DNA from: Eledone cirrhosa
Taxonomy: Eukaryota
Length of the DNA: 64,000 nt
Direction of reading: 5' to 3'
Assembly (NCBI GenBank): GCA_964016885.1
Contig: OZ024744.1
Coordinates: 74,276,001-74,340,000, forward strand
Below are positions 1 through 15,000 of the stretch, one piece after another. Both the position numbers and the translations under genes were made by a program. How positions within the stretch are numbered: the stretch's first letter is position 1; each line of letters begins with the position of its first letter. Under the pieces are notes generated by a model that saw only the letters and a list, made by a program, of their open reading frames with translations, was not told the DNA's origin and ran no database searches.

Positions 1-3000
1 AACCATCACAATCCTTATTCACATATCAACCTTGCAAGAGTCTAGCTAGTTGAGATGGTATAGCTGCTAAAGCATCACAATCACCATTCACATATCAACC
101 ATGGTAGAGTCTAGCTAGTTGAGATGGTATAGCTGCTAAACCATCACAATCACCATTATCATATCAACGACGCTAGAGTCTAGCTAGTTGAGATGGTATA
201 GCTGCTAAACCATCACAATCACCATACAAATATTAACCATGGCAGAGTCTAGCAAGTTGAGATGGTACAGCAGATAAACCATCACAATCACTATTCATAC
301 ATCAACCATGCCCGAGTCTAGCTAGTTGAGATGGTATAGCTGCTAAACCATCGCAATGACCATTAACATATCAACCATGCTACAGTCTAGCTAGTTGAGA
401 TGGTATAGCTGCTAAACCATCACAATCACCATTCACATATCAACCAAGCTAGAGTCTAGCTAGTTGAGATGTTATAGCAACTAAACCATCACAATCACTA
501 TTCACATATCAACCATGATAGAGTCTAGCTAGTTGAGATGGTATAGCTGATAAACCATCACAATCCCTATTCACATATCAACCTTGCTAGAGTCTAGCTA
601 GTTGATGTGGTATAGCTGCTAAAGAATCACAATCACCATTCACATATCAACCAATCTAGAGTCTAGCTAGTTGAGATGTTATAGCTGCTAAACCATCACA
701 ATCACTATTCACATATCAACCATGCTAGAGTCTAACTAGTTGAGATGGTATAGCTGATGAACCAACACAATCACTATTCATTAATCAACCATGCTAGAGT
801 CTAGGTAGTTGAGATGGTATAATTGCTAAACCATCTCAATCACCATCCAAATATCACCAAATGCTAGGGTCTAGCTAGTTGAGATGGTATAGCTGCTAAT
901 CCAACACAATCAATATTCATATATCAATCATGCTAGAGTCTAGCTAGTACAGAAGGTATAGCTGCTAAAGCATCACAATCACCATTCACATATCAACCAT
1001 GCTGAGTCAAGCTGTTTGAGATGGTAAATGTGCTAAACCATCACAATCACCATTCACTTATTAACCATGCTAGAGTCTAGCTAGTGGAGAAGGTATAACT
1101 GCTAAACCATCTCAATCACCATTCACATATCAACCATGCAAGAGTCTTGCTAGTTGAGATGGTATAGCTGCTAAACCATCACAATCACCATTCACATATC
1201 AACCATGCTAGAGTCAGGCTAGTTGAGATGGGATAGCTGCTAAACCAACACAAGCACTATTCACATATCAACCATGCTAGAGACTAGCTAGTTGAGATGG
1301 TATAGCTACTAAACCATCACAATCACCATAAAAATATTAACCATGGTTGAGTCTAGCTAGTTGAGATGGTAAGCTGCTAAACCATCAGAATCACCATTCA
1401 CATATCAACCATGCTAGAGTCTAACTAGTTGATATGGTATAGCTGCTACACCATCACAATCACCATTCACATATCAACCATGCTGAGTCAAGCTGTTTGA
1501 GATGGTATAGGTTCTAAACCATCACAATCACCATTCACATAATAACCATGCTAGAGTTTAGCAAGTTGATATGGTATAGCAGATAAACCATCAAAATCAC
1601 TATTCATATATCAACCATGCCCGAGTCTAGCTAGTTGAGATGGTATAGCTGCTAAAGCATCACAATCACCATACACATATCACCCATGGTAGATTCTAGC
1701 AAGTTGAGATGGTATCGCTGCTAAAGCATCACAATCACCATTCATATATCAACCATGCTAGATTCTAGTTAGTGGAGATGGTATAGCTACTAAACCATCA
1801 CAATAACCATTCACATATCAACCATGCTAGAGTCTAACTAGAAGAGATGGTATAGCTGATGAACTATCACAATCACCATCCAAATATCAACCATGCTGAG
1901 TCAAGCTGTTTGAGATGGTATATGTGCTAAACCATCACAATCACCATTGACTTATTAACCATGCTAGAGTCTAGCTAGTGGAGAAGGTATAGCTGCTAAA
2001 CCATCACAATCACCATTCACATATCAAGCATGCTAGAGTCTAGCAAGTTGAGATGGTATAGCTGATAAAGCATCACAATCACTATTCATATATCAACCAT
2101 GCCGGAGTCTAGCTAGTTGAGATGGTATAGCTGCTAAACCATCACGATCACCATCCAAATATCAAACATGCTCGAGTCTAGCTAGTTGAGATGGTATAGC
2201 TGCTAAACCAACACAATCAATATTCATATATCAATCATGCTAGAGTCTAGCTAGTACAGAAGGGTATAGCTGCTAAAGCATCACAATCACCATTCACATA
2301 TCAACCATGCTGAGTCAAGCTGTTTGAGATGGTAAATGTGCTAAACCATCACAATCACCATTCACTTATTAACCATGCTAGAGTCTAGCTAGTGGAGAAG
2401 GTATAACTGCTAAACCATCTCAATCACCATTCACATATCAACCATGCAAGAGTCTTGCTAGTTGAGATGGTATAGCTGCTAAACCATCACAATCACCATT
2501 CACATATCAACCATGCTAGAGTCAGGCTAGTTGAGATGGGATAGCTGCTAAACCAACACAAGCACTATTCACATATCAACCATGCTAGAGACTAGCTAGT
2601 TGAGATGGTATAGCTGCTAAACCATCACAATCACCATAAAAATATTAACCATGGTTGAGTCTAGCTAGTTGAGATGGTAAGCTGCTAAACCATCAGAATC
2701 ACCATTCACATATCAACCATGCTAGAGTCTAACTAGTTGATATGGTATAGCTGCTACACCATCACAATCACCATTCACATATCAACCATGCTGAGTCAAG
2801 CTGTTTGAGATGGTATAGGTTCTAAACCATCACAATCACCATTCACATAATAACCATGCTAGAGTTTAGCAAGTTGATATGGTATAGCAGATAAACCATC
2901 AAAATCACTATTCATATATCAACCATGCCCGAGTCTAGCTAGTTGAGATGGTATAGCTGCTAAAGCATCACAATCACCATACACATATCACCCATGGTAG

Positions 3001-6000
3001 ATTCTAGCAAGTTGAGATGGTATCGCTGCTAAAGCATCACAATCACCATTCATATATCAACCATGCTAGATTCTAGTTAGTGGAGATGGTATAGCTACTA
3101 AACCATCACAATAACCATTCACATATCAACCATGCTAGAGTCTAACTAGATGAGATGGTATAGCTGATGAACCATCACAATCACCATCCAAATATCAACC
3201 ATGCTGAGTCAAGCTGTTTGAGATGGTATATGTGCTAAACCATCACAATCACCATTGACTTATTAACCATGCTAGAGTCTAGCTAGTGGAGAAGGTATAG
3301 CTGCTAAACCATCACAATCACCATTCACATATCAAGCATGCTAGAGTCTAGCAAGTTGAGATGGTATAGCTGATAAAGCATCACAATCACTATTCATATA
3401 TCAACCATGCCGGAGTCTAGCTAGTTGAGATGGTATAGCTGCTAAACCATCACGATCAACATCCAAATATCAAACATGCTCGAGTCTAGCTAGTTGAGAT
3501 GGTATAGCTGCTAAACCATCACAATGACCATTAACATATCAACCATGCTACAGTCTAGTTAGTTGAAATGGTATAGCTGATAAACCATCACAATCCATAT
3601 TCACATATCAACCTTGCTAGAGTCTACCTCGTGGAGGAGGTATAGCTGCTAAAGCATCACAATCACCATTCACATATCAACCAAGCTAGAGTCTAGCAAG
3701 TTGAGATGGTATAGCTGCTAAACCATCACAATCACTATTCACATATAAACCATGCTGGGTCTTGCTGTTTGAGATGGTATAGCTGCTAAACCATCACAAT
3801 CACTATTCACATTTCAACCATGCTAGAGACTAGGTAGTTGAGATGGTATAGCTGCTAAACTCTCACAATCACTATTCACATTTCAACCATGCTAGAGTCT
3901 AGGTAGTTGAGATGGTATAGCTGATAAACCATCACAATCACAATTCACATATCAAGCATGCTAGAGTCTAGCTAGTTGAGATGGTATAGCTGCTAAAACA
4001 TCAAAATCACTAATCACATATCAACCATGCTAGAGTATAGCTGGTTGAGATGGTTTAGCTGCTAAACCATCACAATCACCTTACACATATCAACCAAGCT
4101 AGAGTATAGCTAGTTGAGATGGTATAGCTGCTAAACCATCACAATCACCATTCACATATCAAGCATGCTACAGTCTAACTAGTTGAGATGTTATAGCTGA
4201 TAAACCATCACAATCACTATTCATATATCAACCATGCACGAGTCTAGCTAGTTGAGATGGTATAGCTGCTAAACCATCACAATCATCATCCAAATATCAA
4301 ACATGCTAGAGTCTAGCTAGTTGAGATATTATAGCTGCTAAACCATCACAATCCTCATCCAAATATCAACCATGCTAGATTATAGCTAGTTCAGATGGTA
4401 TAGCTGCTACACCATCACAATCACCATTCACATATCAACCATGCTGAGTCAAGCTAGTTGAGATGGTATAGCTGCCAAAGTATCACAATCACCATTCACA
4501 TATCAACCATGGTAGAGTCTAGCTAGTTGAGATGGTATAGTTGCTAAACCATCACAATCACCATTAACATATCAACGATGCTAGAGTCTAGCTAGTTGAG
4601 ATTGTAAAGCTGCTAAACCATCACAATCACCATACAAATATTAACCATGGCAGAGTCTAGTAAGTTGAGATGGGATAGCAAATAAACCATCACAATCACT
4701 ATTCATACATCAACCATGGCTGAGTCTAGCTAGTTGAGATGGTATAGCTGCAAAACCATCACAATCACCATCTAAATATCAAACATGCTAGAGTCTAGCT
4801 AGTTGAGATGGTATAGCTGCTAAACCATCGCAATGACCATTAACATATCAACCTTGCTACAGTCTAGCTAGTTGAGATGGTATACCTGATAAACCATCAC
4901 AATCCCTATTCACATATCAACCATGCTAGTGTCTAGCTAGTTGAAATGGTATAGCTGATAAACCATCACAATCCCTATTCACATATCAACCGTGCTAGAG
5001 TCTAGCTAGTTGAGATGGTATAGCTGCTAAAGCATCACAATTACCATTCACATATCAACCATGGTAGAGTCTAGCAAGTTGAGATGGTATAGCTGATAAA
5101 CCATCACAATCACCTTTCACATATCAACCATGCTAGAGTCTAACTAGTTGAGATGGTATAGCTGATGAACCATCAAAATCACTATTCATTAATCATCCAT
5201 GCTAGAGTCTAGCTAGTGGAGAAGGTATAGCTGCTAAAGCATCACAATCACCATCCAAATATCATCAAATGCTAGAGTCTAGCTAGTTGAGATGATATAG
5301 CTGTTAAACCATCACAATCACCATTCACTTATTAACCATGCTAGAGTCTAGCTAGTGGAGAAGGTATAGCTGCTAAACCATTTCAATCACCATTCACATA
5401 TCAACCATGCAAGAGTCTTGCTAGTTGAGATGGTATAGCTGCTAAACCATCACAATCACCATTCACATGCTAGAGTCTAGCTAGATGAGATGGTATAGCT
5501 GCTAAACCATCACAATGACCATTAACATATCAACCATGCTACAGTCTAGCTAGTTGAAATAGTATAGCTGCTAAACCATCACGATCACCATTCCCATATC
5601 AACCAAGCTAGAGTCTAGCTAGTTGAGATGGTATAGCTGATAAACCATCACAATCCCTATTCACATATCAACCTTGCTAGAGTCTAGCTAGTGGAGAAGG
5701 TATAGCTACTAAACCATCACAATCACCATTCACATATCAACCGTGCTACAGTCTAGCTAGTTGAGATGGTATAGCTGCGAAACCATTACAATCACTATTC
5801 ACATATCAACGATGCTGGGTCTAGCTGTTTGAGATGGTATAGCTGCTAAACCATCACAGTCACTATTCACATATCAACCATGCTAGAGACTAGGTAGTTG
5901 AGATGGTATAGCTGCTAAACTCTCACAATCACTATTCACATTTCAACCATGCTAGAGTCTAGGTATTTGAGATGGTATAGCTGATAAACCATCACAATCA

Positions 6001-9000
6001 CCATTCACATATCAAGCATGGTCGAGTCTAGCTAGTTGTGATGGTATAGCTGCTAAACCATCAAAATCACTAATCACATATCAACCATGCTAGAGTTTAG
6101 CTTGTTGAGATGGTTTAGCTGCTAAACAATCACAATCACCATTCACATATCAACCAAGCTAGAGTATAGCTAGTTGAGATAGTATAGCTGCTAAACCATC
6201 ACAATCTCTATTCACATATCAACCATGCTCGAGTCTAGCTAGTTGAGATGGTATAGCTGATAAACCATCACAAACCCTATTCACATATCAACCTTGCTAG
6301 AGTCTAGCTAGTTGAGATGGTATAGCTGCTAAAGCATCATAATCACCATTCATATATCAACCTTGCTAGCGTCTAGCAAGTTGAGATGGTATAGCTGCTA
6401 ATGCATCACAATCACCATTAACATATCAACGATGCTAGAGACTAGCTAGTTGAGATGGTATAGCTACTAAACCATCACAATCACCATTCACATATCAAGC
6501 ATGCTAGAGTCTAGCTAGTTGAGATGGTATAGTTGCTAAACCATCACAATCATCATCCAAATATCAAACATGCTAGAGTCTAGCTAGTTGACATGGTATA
6601 GCTGATAAACCATCACAATCACTATTCACATATCAACAATGCTTGGGTCTAGCTAGTTGAGATGGTATAGCTGCTAAACCATCACAATCACTATTCACAT
6701 TTCAACCATGCTAGAGACTAGGTAGTTGAGATGGTATAGCTGCTAAACTCTCACAATCACTATTCACATTTCAACCATTCTAGAGTCTAGCTAGTTGAGA
6801 TGGTATAGCTGCTAAACCATCACAATAACCATTAACATGTCAACCATGCTACAGTCTAGCTAGTTGAGATGGTATAGCTGCTAAACCATCACAATCACCA
6901 TTCACATATAAACCAAGCTAGAGTCTAGCTAGTTGAGATGGTATAGCTGCTAAACCATCACAATCAATATTCACATATCAACCATGCTAGAGTCTAGCTA
7001 GTTGAGATGGTATAGCTGATAAACCATCACAATCCCTATTCACATATCAACCTTGCTAGAGACTAGCTAGTTGAGATGGTATAGCTGCTAAAGAATCACA
7101 ATCACCATTCACATATCAACCATGGTAGAGTCTAGCAAGTTGAGATGGCATAGCTGCTAAAGCATCACAATCACCATTCACATATCAACCATGCTATAGT
7201 CTAGTTAGTGGAGATGGTATAGCTGCTAAACCATCACAATCACCATTCACATATCAACGATGATACAGTCTAGCTGGTTGAGATGGTATAGCTACTAAAC
7301 TATCACAATAACCATTCACATTTCAACCATGCTAGAGTCTAACTAGATGAGATGGTATAGCTGATGAACCATCACAATCACTATTCATTAATCAACCATG
7401 CATGAGTCTTGCTAGTTGAGATGGTATAGCTTCTAAACCATCACAATCACCATTCACATATCAACCATGCTAGAGTCTAGCTAGTTGAGATGGGATAGCT
7501 GCTAAACCATCACAATCACTATTCACATATCAACCATGTTAGAGACTAGCTAGTTGAGATGGTATAGCTGCTAAACTATCACAATCACCATTCACATATC
7601 AACCATGGTAGAGTCTAGCTAGTTGAGATGGTATAGCTGCTAAACCATCACAATCACCATTCACATATCAAGCATGCTAGAGTCTAGCTAGTTGAGATGG
7701 TATAGCTGCTAAACCATCACAATCACCATTCACATATCAACCAAGCTAGAGTCTAGCTAGTTGAGATATTATAGCTGCTAAACCATCACAATCCTCATCC
7801 AAATATCAACCATGCTAGATTATAGCTAGTTCAGATGGTATAGCTGCTACACCATCACAATCACCATTCACATATCAACCATGCTGAGTCAAGCTAGTTG
7901 AGATGGTATAGCTGCCAAAGTATCACAATCACCATTCACATATCAACCATGGTAGAGTCTAGCTAGTTGAGATGGTATAGTTGCTAAACCATCACAATCA
8001 CCATTAACATATCAACGATGCTAGAGTCTAGCTAGTTGAGATTGTAAAGCTGCTAAACCATCACAATCACCATACAAATATTAACCATGGCAGAGTCTAG
8101 CAAGTTGAGATGGGATAGCAGATAAACCATCACAATCACTATTCATACATCAACCATGGCTGAGTCTAGCTAGTTGAGATGGTATAGCTGCAAAACCATC
8201 ACAATCACCATCTAAATATCAAACATGCTAGAGTCTAGCTAGTTGAGATGGTATAGCTGCTAAACCATCGCAATGACCATTAACATATCAACCTTGCTAC
8301 AGTCTAGCTAGTTGAGATGGTATACCTGATAAACCATCACAATCCCTATTCACATATCAACCATGCTAGTGTCTAGCTAGTTGAAATGGTATAGCTGATA
8401 AACCATCACAATCCCTATTCACATATCAACCGTGCTAGAGTCTAGCTAGTTGAGATGGTATAGCTGCTAAAGCATCACAATTACCATTCACATATCAACC
8501 ATGGTAGAGTCTAGCAAGTTGAGATGGTATAGCTGATAAACGATCACAATCACCTTTCACATATCAACCATGCTAGAGTCTAACTAGTTGAGATGGTATA
8601 GCTGATGAACCATCAAAATCACTATTCATTAATCATCCATGCTAGAGTCTAGCTAGTGGAGAAGGTATAGCTGCTAAAGCATCACAATCACCATCCAAAT
8701 ATCATCAAATGCTAGAGTCTAGCTAGTTGAGATGATATAGCTGTTAAACCATCACAATCACCATTCACTTATTAACCATGCTAGAGTCTAGCTAGTGGAG
8801 AAGGTATAGCTGCTAAACCATCTCAATCACCATTCACATATCAACCATGCAAGAGTCTTGCTAGTTGAGATGGTATAGCTGCTAAACCATCACAATCACC
8901 ATTCACATGCTAGAGTCTAGCTAGATGAGATGGTATAGCTGCTAAACCATCACAATGACCATTAACATATCAACCATGCTACAGTCTAGCTAGTTGAAAT

Positions 9001-12000
9001 AGTATAGCTGCTAAACCATCACGATCACCATTCCCATATCAACCAAGCTAGAGTCTAGCTAGTTGAGATGGTATAGCTGATAAACCATCACAATCCCTAT
9101 TCACATATCAACCTTGCTAGAGTCTAGCTAGTGGAGAAGGTATAGCTACTAAACCATCACAATCACCATTCACATATCAACCGTGCTACAGTCTAGCTAG
9201 TTGAGATGGTATAGCTGCTAAACCATTACAATCACTATTCACATATCAACGATGCTGGGTCTAGCTGTTTGAGATGGTATAGCTGCTAAACCATCACAGT
9301 CACTATTCACATATCAACCATGCTAGAGACTAGGTAGTTGAGATGGTATAGCTGCTAAACTCTCACAATCACTATTCACATTTCAACCATGCTAGAGTCT
9401 AGGTATTTGAGATGGTATAGCTGATAAACCATCACAATCACCATTCACATATCAAGCATGGTCGAGTCTAGCTAGTTGTGATGGTATAGCTGCTAAACCA
9501 TCAAAATCACTAATCACATATCAACCATGCTAGAGTTTAGCTGGTTGAGATGGTTTAGCTGCTAAACAATCACAATCACCATTCACATATCAACCAAGCT
9601 AGAGTATAGCTAGTTGAGATAGTATAGCTGCTAAACCATCACAATCTCTATTCACATATCAACCATGCTCGAGTCTAGCTAGTTGAGATGGTATAGCTGA
9701 TAAACCATCACAAACCCTATTCACATATCAACCTTGCTAGAGACTAGCTAGTTGAGATGGTATAGCTACTAAACCATCACAATCACCATTCACATATCAA
9801 GCATGCTAGAGTCTAGCTAGTTGAGATGGTATAGTTGCTAAACCATCACAATCATCATCCAAATATCAAACATGCTAGAGTCTAGCTAGTTGACATGGTA
9901 TAGCTGATAAACCATCACAATCACTATTCACATATCAACAATGCTTGGGTCTAGCTAGTTGAGATGGTATAGCTGCTAAACCATCACAATCACTATTCAC
10001 ATTTCAACCATGCTAGAGACTAGGTAGTTGAGATGGTATAGCTGCTAAACTCTCACAATCACTATTCACATTTCAACCATTCTAGAGTGTATCTAGTTGA
10101 GATGGTATAGCTGCTAAACCATCACAATAACCATTAACATGTCAACCATGCTACAGTCTAGCTAGTTGAGATGGTATAGCTGCTAAACCATCACAATCAC
10201 CATTCACATATAAACCAAGCTAGAGTCTAGCTAGTTGAGATGGTATAGCTGCTAAACCATCACAATCAATATTCACATATCAACCATGCTAGAGTCTAGC
10301 TAGTTGAGATGGTATAGCTGATAAACCATCACAATCCCTATTCACATATCAACCTTGCTAGAGACTAGCTAGTTGAGATGGTATAGCTGCTAAAGAATCA
10401 CAATCACCATTCACATATCAACCATGGTAGAGTCTAGCAAGTTGAGATGGCATAGCTGCTAAAGCATCACAATCACCATTCACATATCAACCATGCTATA
10501 GTCTAGTTAGTGGAGATGGTATAGCTGCTAAACCATCACAATCACCATTCACATATCAACGATGATACAGTCTAGCTGGTTGAGATGGTATAGCTACTAA
10601 ACTATCACAATAACCATTCACATTTCAACCATGCTAGAGTCTAACTAGATGAGATGGTATAGCTGATGAACCATCACAATCACTATTCATTAATCAACCA
10701 TGCATGAGTCTTGCTAGTTGAGATGGTATAGCTTCTAAACCATCACAATCACCATTCACATATCAACCATGCTAGAGTCTAGCTAGTTGAGATGGGATAG
10801 CTGCTAAACCATCACAATCACTATTCACATATCAACCATGCTAGAGACTAGCTAGTTGAGATGGTATAGCTGCTAAACTATCACAATCACCATTCACATA
10901 TCAACCATGGTAGAGTCTAGCTAGTTGAGATGGTATAGCTGCTAAACCATCACAATCACCATTCACATATCAAGCATGCTAGAGTCTAGCTAGTTGAGAT
11001 GGTATAGCTGCTAAACCATCACAATCACCATTCACATATCAACCAAGCTAGAGTCTAGCTAGTTGAGATGGTATAGCTGCTAAACCATCACAATCTCTAT
11101 TCACATATCAACCATGCTAGAGTCTAGCTAGTTGAGATGGTATAGCTGATAAACCATCACAATCCCTATTCACATTTTAACCTTGCTAGAGTCTAGCTAG
11201 TTGAGATGGTATAGCTGCTAAAGTATCACAATCACCATTCACGTATCAACCTTGCTAGCGTCTAGCAATTTGAGATCGTGTAGCTGCTAAAGCGTCACAA
11301 TCACCATTCACATATCAACCATGGTAGAGTCTAGCTAGTTGAGATGGTATAGCTGCTAAACCATCACAATCACCATTAACATATGAACGATGCTAGAGTC
11401 TAGTTAGTGGAGATGGTATAGCTGCTAAACCATCACAATCACCATTCACATATCAACGATGATACAGTCTAGCTGGTTGAGATGGTATAGCTACTAAACT
11501 ATCACAATAACCATTCACATTTCAACCATGCTAGAGTCTAACTAGATGAGATGGTATAGCTGATGAACCATCACAATCACTATTCATTAATCAACCATGC
11601 ATGAGTCTTGCTAGTTGAGATGGTATAGCTTCTAAACCATCACAATCACCATTCACATATCAACCATGCTAGAGTCTAGCTAGTTGAGATGGGATAGCTG
11701 CTAAACCATCACAATCACTATTCACATATCAACCATGCTAGAGACTAGCTAGTTGAGATGGTATAGCTGCTAAACTATCACAATCACCATTCACATATCA
11801 ACCATGGTAGAGTCTAGCTAGTTGAGATGGTATAGCTGCTAAACCATCACAATCACCATTCACATATCAAGCATGCTAGAGTCTAGCTAGTTGAGATGGT
11901 ATAGCTGCTAAACCATCACAATCACCATTCACATATCAACCAAGCTAGAGTCTAGCTAGTTGAGATATTATAGCTGCTAAACCATCACAATCCTCATCCA

Positions 12001-15000
12001 AATATCAACCATGCTAGATTATAGCTAGTTCAGATGGTATAGCTGCTACACCATCACAATCACCATTCACATATCAACCATGCTGAGTCAAGCTAGTTGA
12101 GATGGTATAGCTGCCAAAGTATCACAATCACCATTCACATATCAACCATGGTAGAGTCTAGCTAGTTGAGATGGTATAGTTGCTAAACCATCACAATCAC
12201 CATTAACATATCAACGATGCTAGAGTCTAGCTAGTTGAGATTGTAAAGCTGCTAAACCATCACAATCACCATACAAATATTAACCATGGCAGAGTCTAGC
12301 AAGTTGAGATGGGATAGCAGATAAACCATCACAATCACTATTCATACATCAACCATGGCTGAGTCTAGCTAGTTGAGATGGTATAGCTGCAAAACCATCA
12401 CAATCACCATCTAAATATCAAACATGCTAGAGTCTAGCTAGTTGAGATGGTATAGCTGCTAAACCATCGCAATGACCATTAACATATCAACCTTGCTACA
12501 GTCTAGCTAGTTGAGATGGTATACCTGATAAACCATCACAATCCCTATTCACATATCAACCATGCTAGTGTCTAGCTAGTTGAGATGGTATAGCTGCTAA
12601 AGCATCATAATCACCATTCATATATCAACCTTGCTAGCGTCTAGCAAGTTGAGATGGTATAGCTGCTAATGCATCACAATCACCATTAACATATCAACGA
12701 TGCTAGAGACTAGCTAGTTGAGATGGTATAGCTACTAAACCATCACAATCACCATTCACATATCAAGCATGCTAGAGTCTAGCTAGTTGAGATGGTATAG
12801 TTGCTAAACCATCACAATCATCATCCAAATATCAAACATGCTAGAGTCTAGCTAGTTGACATGGTATAGCTGATAAACCATCACAATCACTATTCACATA
12901 TCAACAATGCTTGGGTCTAGCTAGTTGAGATGGTATAGCTGCTAAACCATCACAATCACTATTCACATTTCAACCATGCTAGAGACTAGGTAGTTGAGAT
13001 GGTATAGCTGCTAAACTCTCACAATCACTATTCACATTTCAACCATTCTAGAGTCTAGCTAGTTGAGATGGTATAGCTGCTAAACCATCACAATAACCAT
13101 TAACATGTCAACCATGCTACAGTCTAGCTAGTTGAGATGGTATAGCTGCTAAACCATCACAATCACCATTCACATATAAACCAAGCTAGAGTCTAGCTAG
13201 TTGAGATGGTATAGCTGCTAAACCATCACAATCAATATTCACATATCAACCATGCTAGAGTCTAGCTAGTTGAGATGGTATAGCTGATAAACCATCACAA
13301 TCCCTATTCACATATCAACCTTGCTAGAGACTAGCTAGTTGAGATGGTATAGCTGCTAAAGAATCACAATCACCATTCACATATCAACCATGGTAGAGTC
13401 TAGCAAGTTGAGATGGCATAGCTGCTAAAGCATCACAATCACCATTCACATATCAACCATGCTATAGTCTAGTTAGTGGAGATGGTATAGCTGCTAAACC
13501 ATCACAATCACCATTCACATATCAACGATGATACAGTCTAGCTGGTTGAGATGGTATAGCTACTAAACTATCACAATAACCATTCACATTTCAACCATGC
13601 TAGAGTCTAACTAGATGAGATGGTATAGCTGATGAACCATCACAATCACTATTCATTAATCAACCATGCATGAGTCTTGCTAGTTGAGATGGTATAGCTT
13701 CTAAACCATCACAATCACCATTCACATATCAACCATGCTAGAGTCTAGCTAGTTGAGATGGGATAGCTGCTAAACCATCACAATCACTATTCACATATCA
13801 ACCATGCTAGAGACTAGCTAGTTGAGATGGTATAGCTGCTAAACTATCACAATCACCATTCACATATCAACCATGGTAGAGTCTAGCTAGTTGAGATGGT
13901 ATAGCTGCTAAACCATCACAATCACCATTCACATATCAAGCATGCTAGAGTCTAGCTAGTTGAGATGGTATAGCTGCTAAACCATCACAATCACCATTCA
14001 CATATCAACCAAGCTAGAGTCTAGCTAGTTGAGATGGTATAGCTGCTAAACCATCACAATCTCTATTCACATATCAACCATGCTAGAGTCTAGCTAGTTG
14101 AGATGGTATAGCTGATAAACCATCACAATCCCTATTCACATTTTAACCTTGCTAGAGTCTAGCTAGTTGAGATGGTATAGCTGCTAAAGTATCACAATCA
14201 CCATTCACGTATCAACCTTGCTAGCGTCTAGCAATTTGAGATCGTGTAGCTGCTAAAGCGTCACAATCACCATTCACATATCAACCATGGTAGAGTCTAG
14301 CTAGTTGAGATGGTATAGCTGCTAAACCATCACAATCACCATTAACATATGAACGATGCTAGAGTCTAGTTAGTGGAGATGGTATAGCTGCTAAACCATC
14401 ACAATCACCATTCACATATCAACGATGATACAGTCTAGCTGGTTGAGATGGTATAGCTACTAAACTATCACAATAACCATTCACATTTCAACCATGCTAG
14501 AGTCTAACTAGATGAGATGGTATAGCTGATGAACCATCACAATCACTATTCATTAATCAACCATGCATGAGTCTTGCTAGTTGAGATGGTATAGCTTCTA
14601 AACCATCACAATCACCATTCACATATCAACCATGCTAGAGTCTAGCTAGTTGAGATGGGATAGCTGCTAAACCATCAGAATCACTATTCACATATCAACC
14701 ATGCTAGAGACTAGCTAGTTGAGATGGTATAGCTGCTAAACTATCACAATCACCATTCACATATCAACCATGGTAGAGTCTAGCTAGTTGAGATGGTATA
14801 GCTGCTAAACCATCACAATCACCATTCACATATCAAGCATGCTAGAGTCTAGCTAGTTGAGATGGTATAGCTGCTAAACCATCACAATCACCATTCACAT
14901 ATCAACCAAGCTAGAGTCTAGCTAGTTGAGATATTATAGCTGCTAAACCATCACAATCCTCATCCAAATATCAACCATGCTAGATTATAGCTAGTTCAGA

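Noticed and set aside
751-790. CTGATGA in a recurring satellite variant as a hammerhead-satellite (as in newt or schistosome satellites)
   Set aside because: No stem II or GAAA follows; it is a two-base variant of consensus CTGCTAA.
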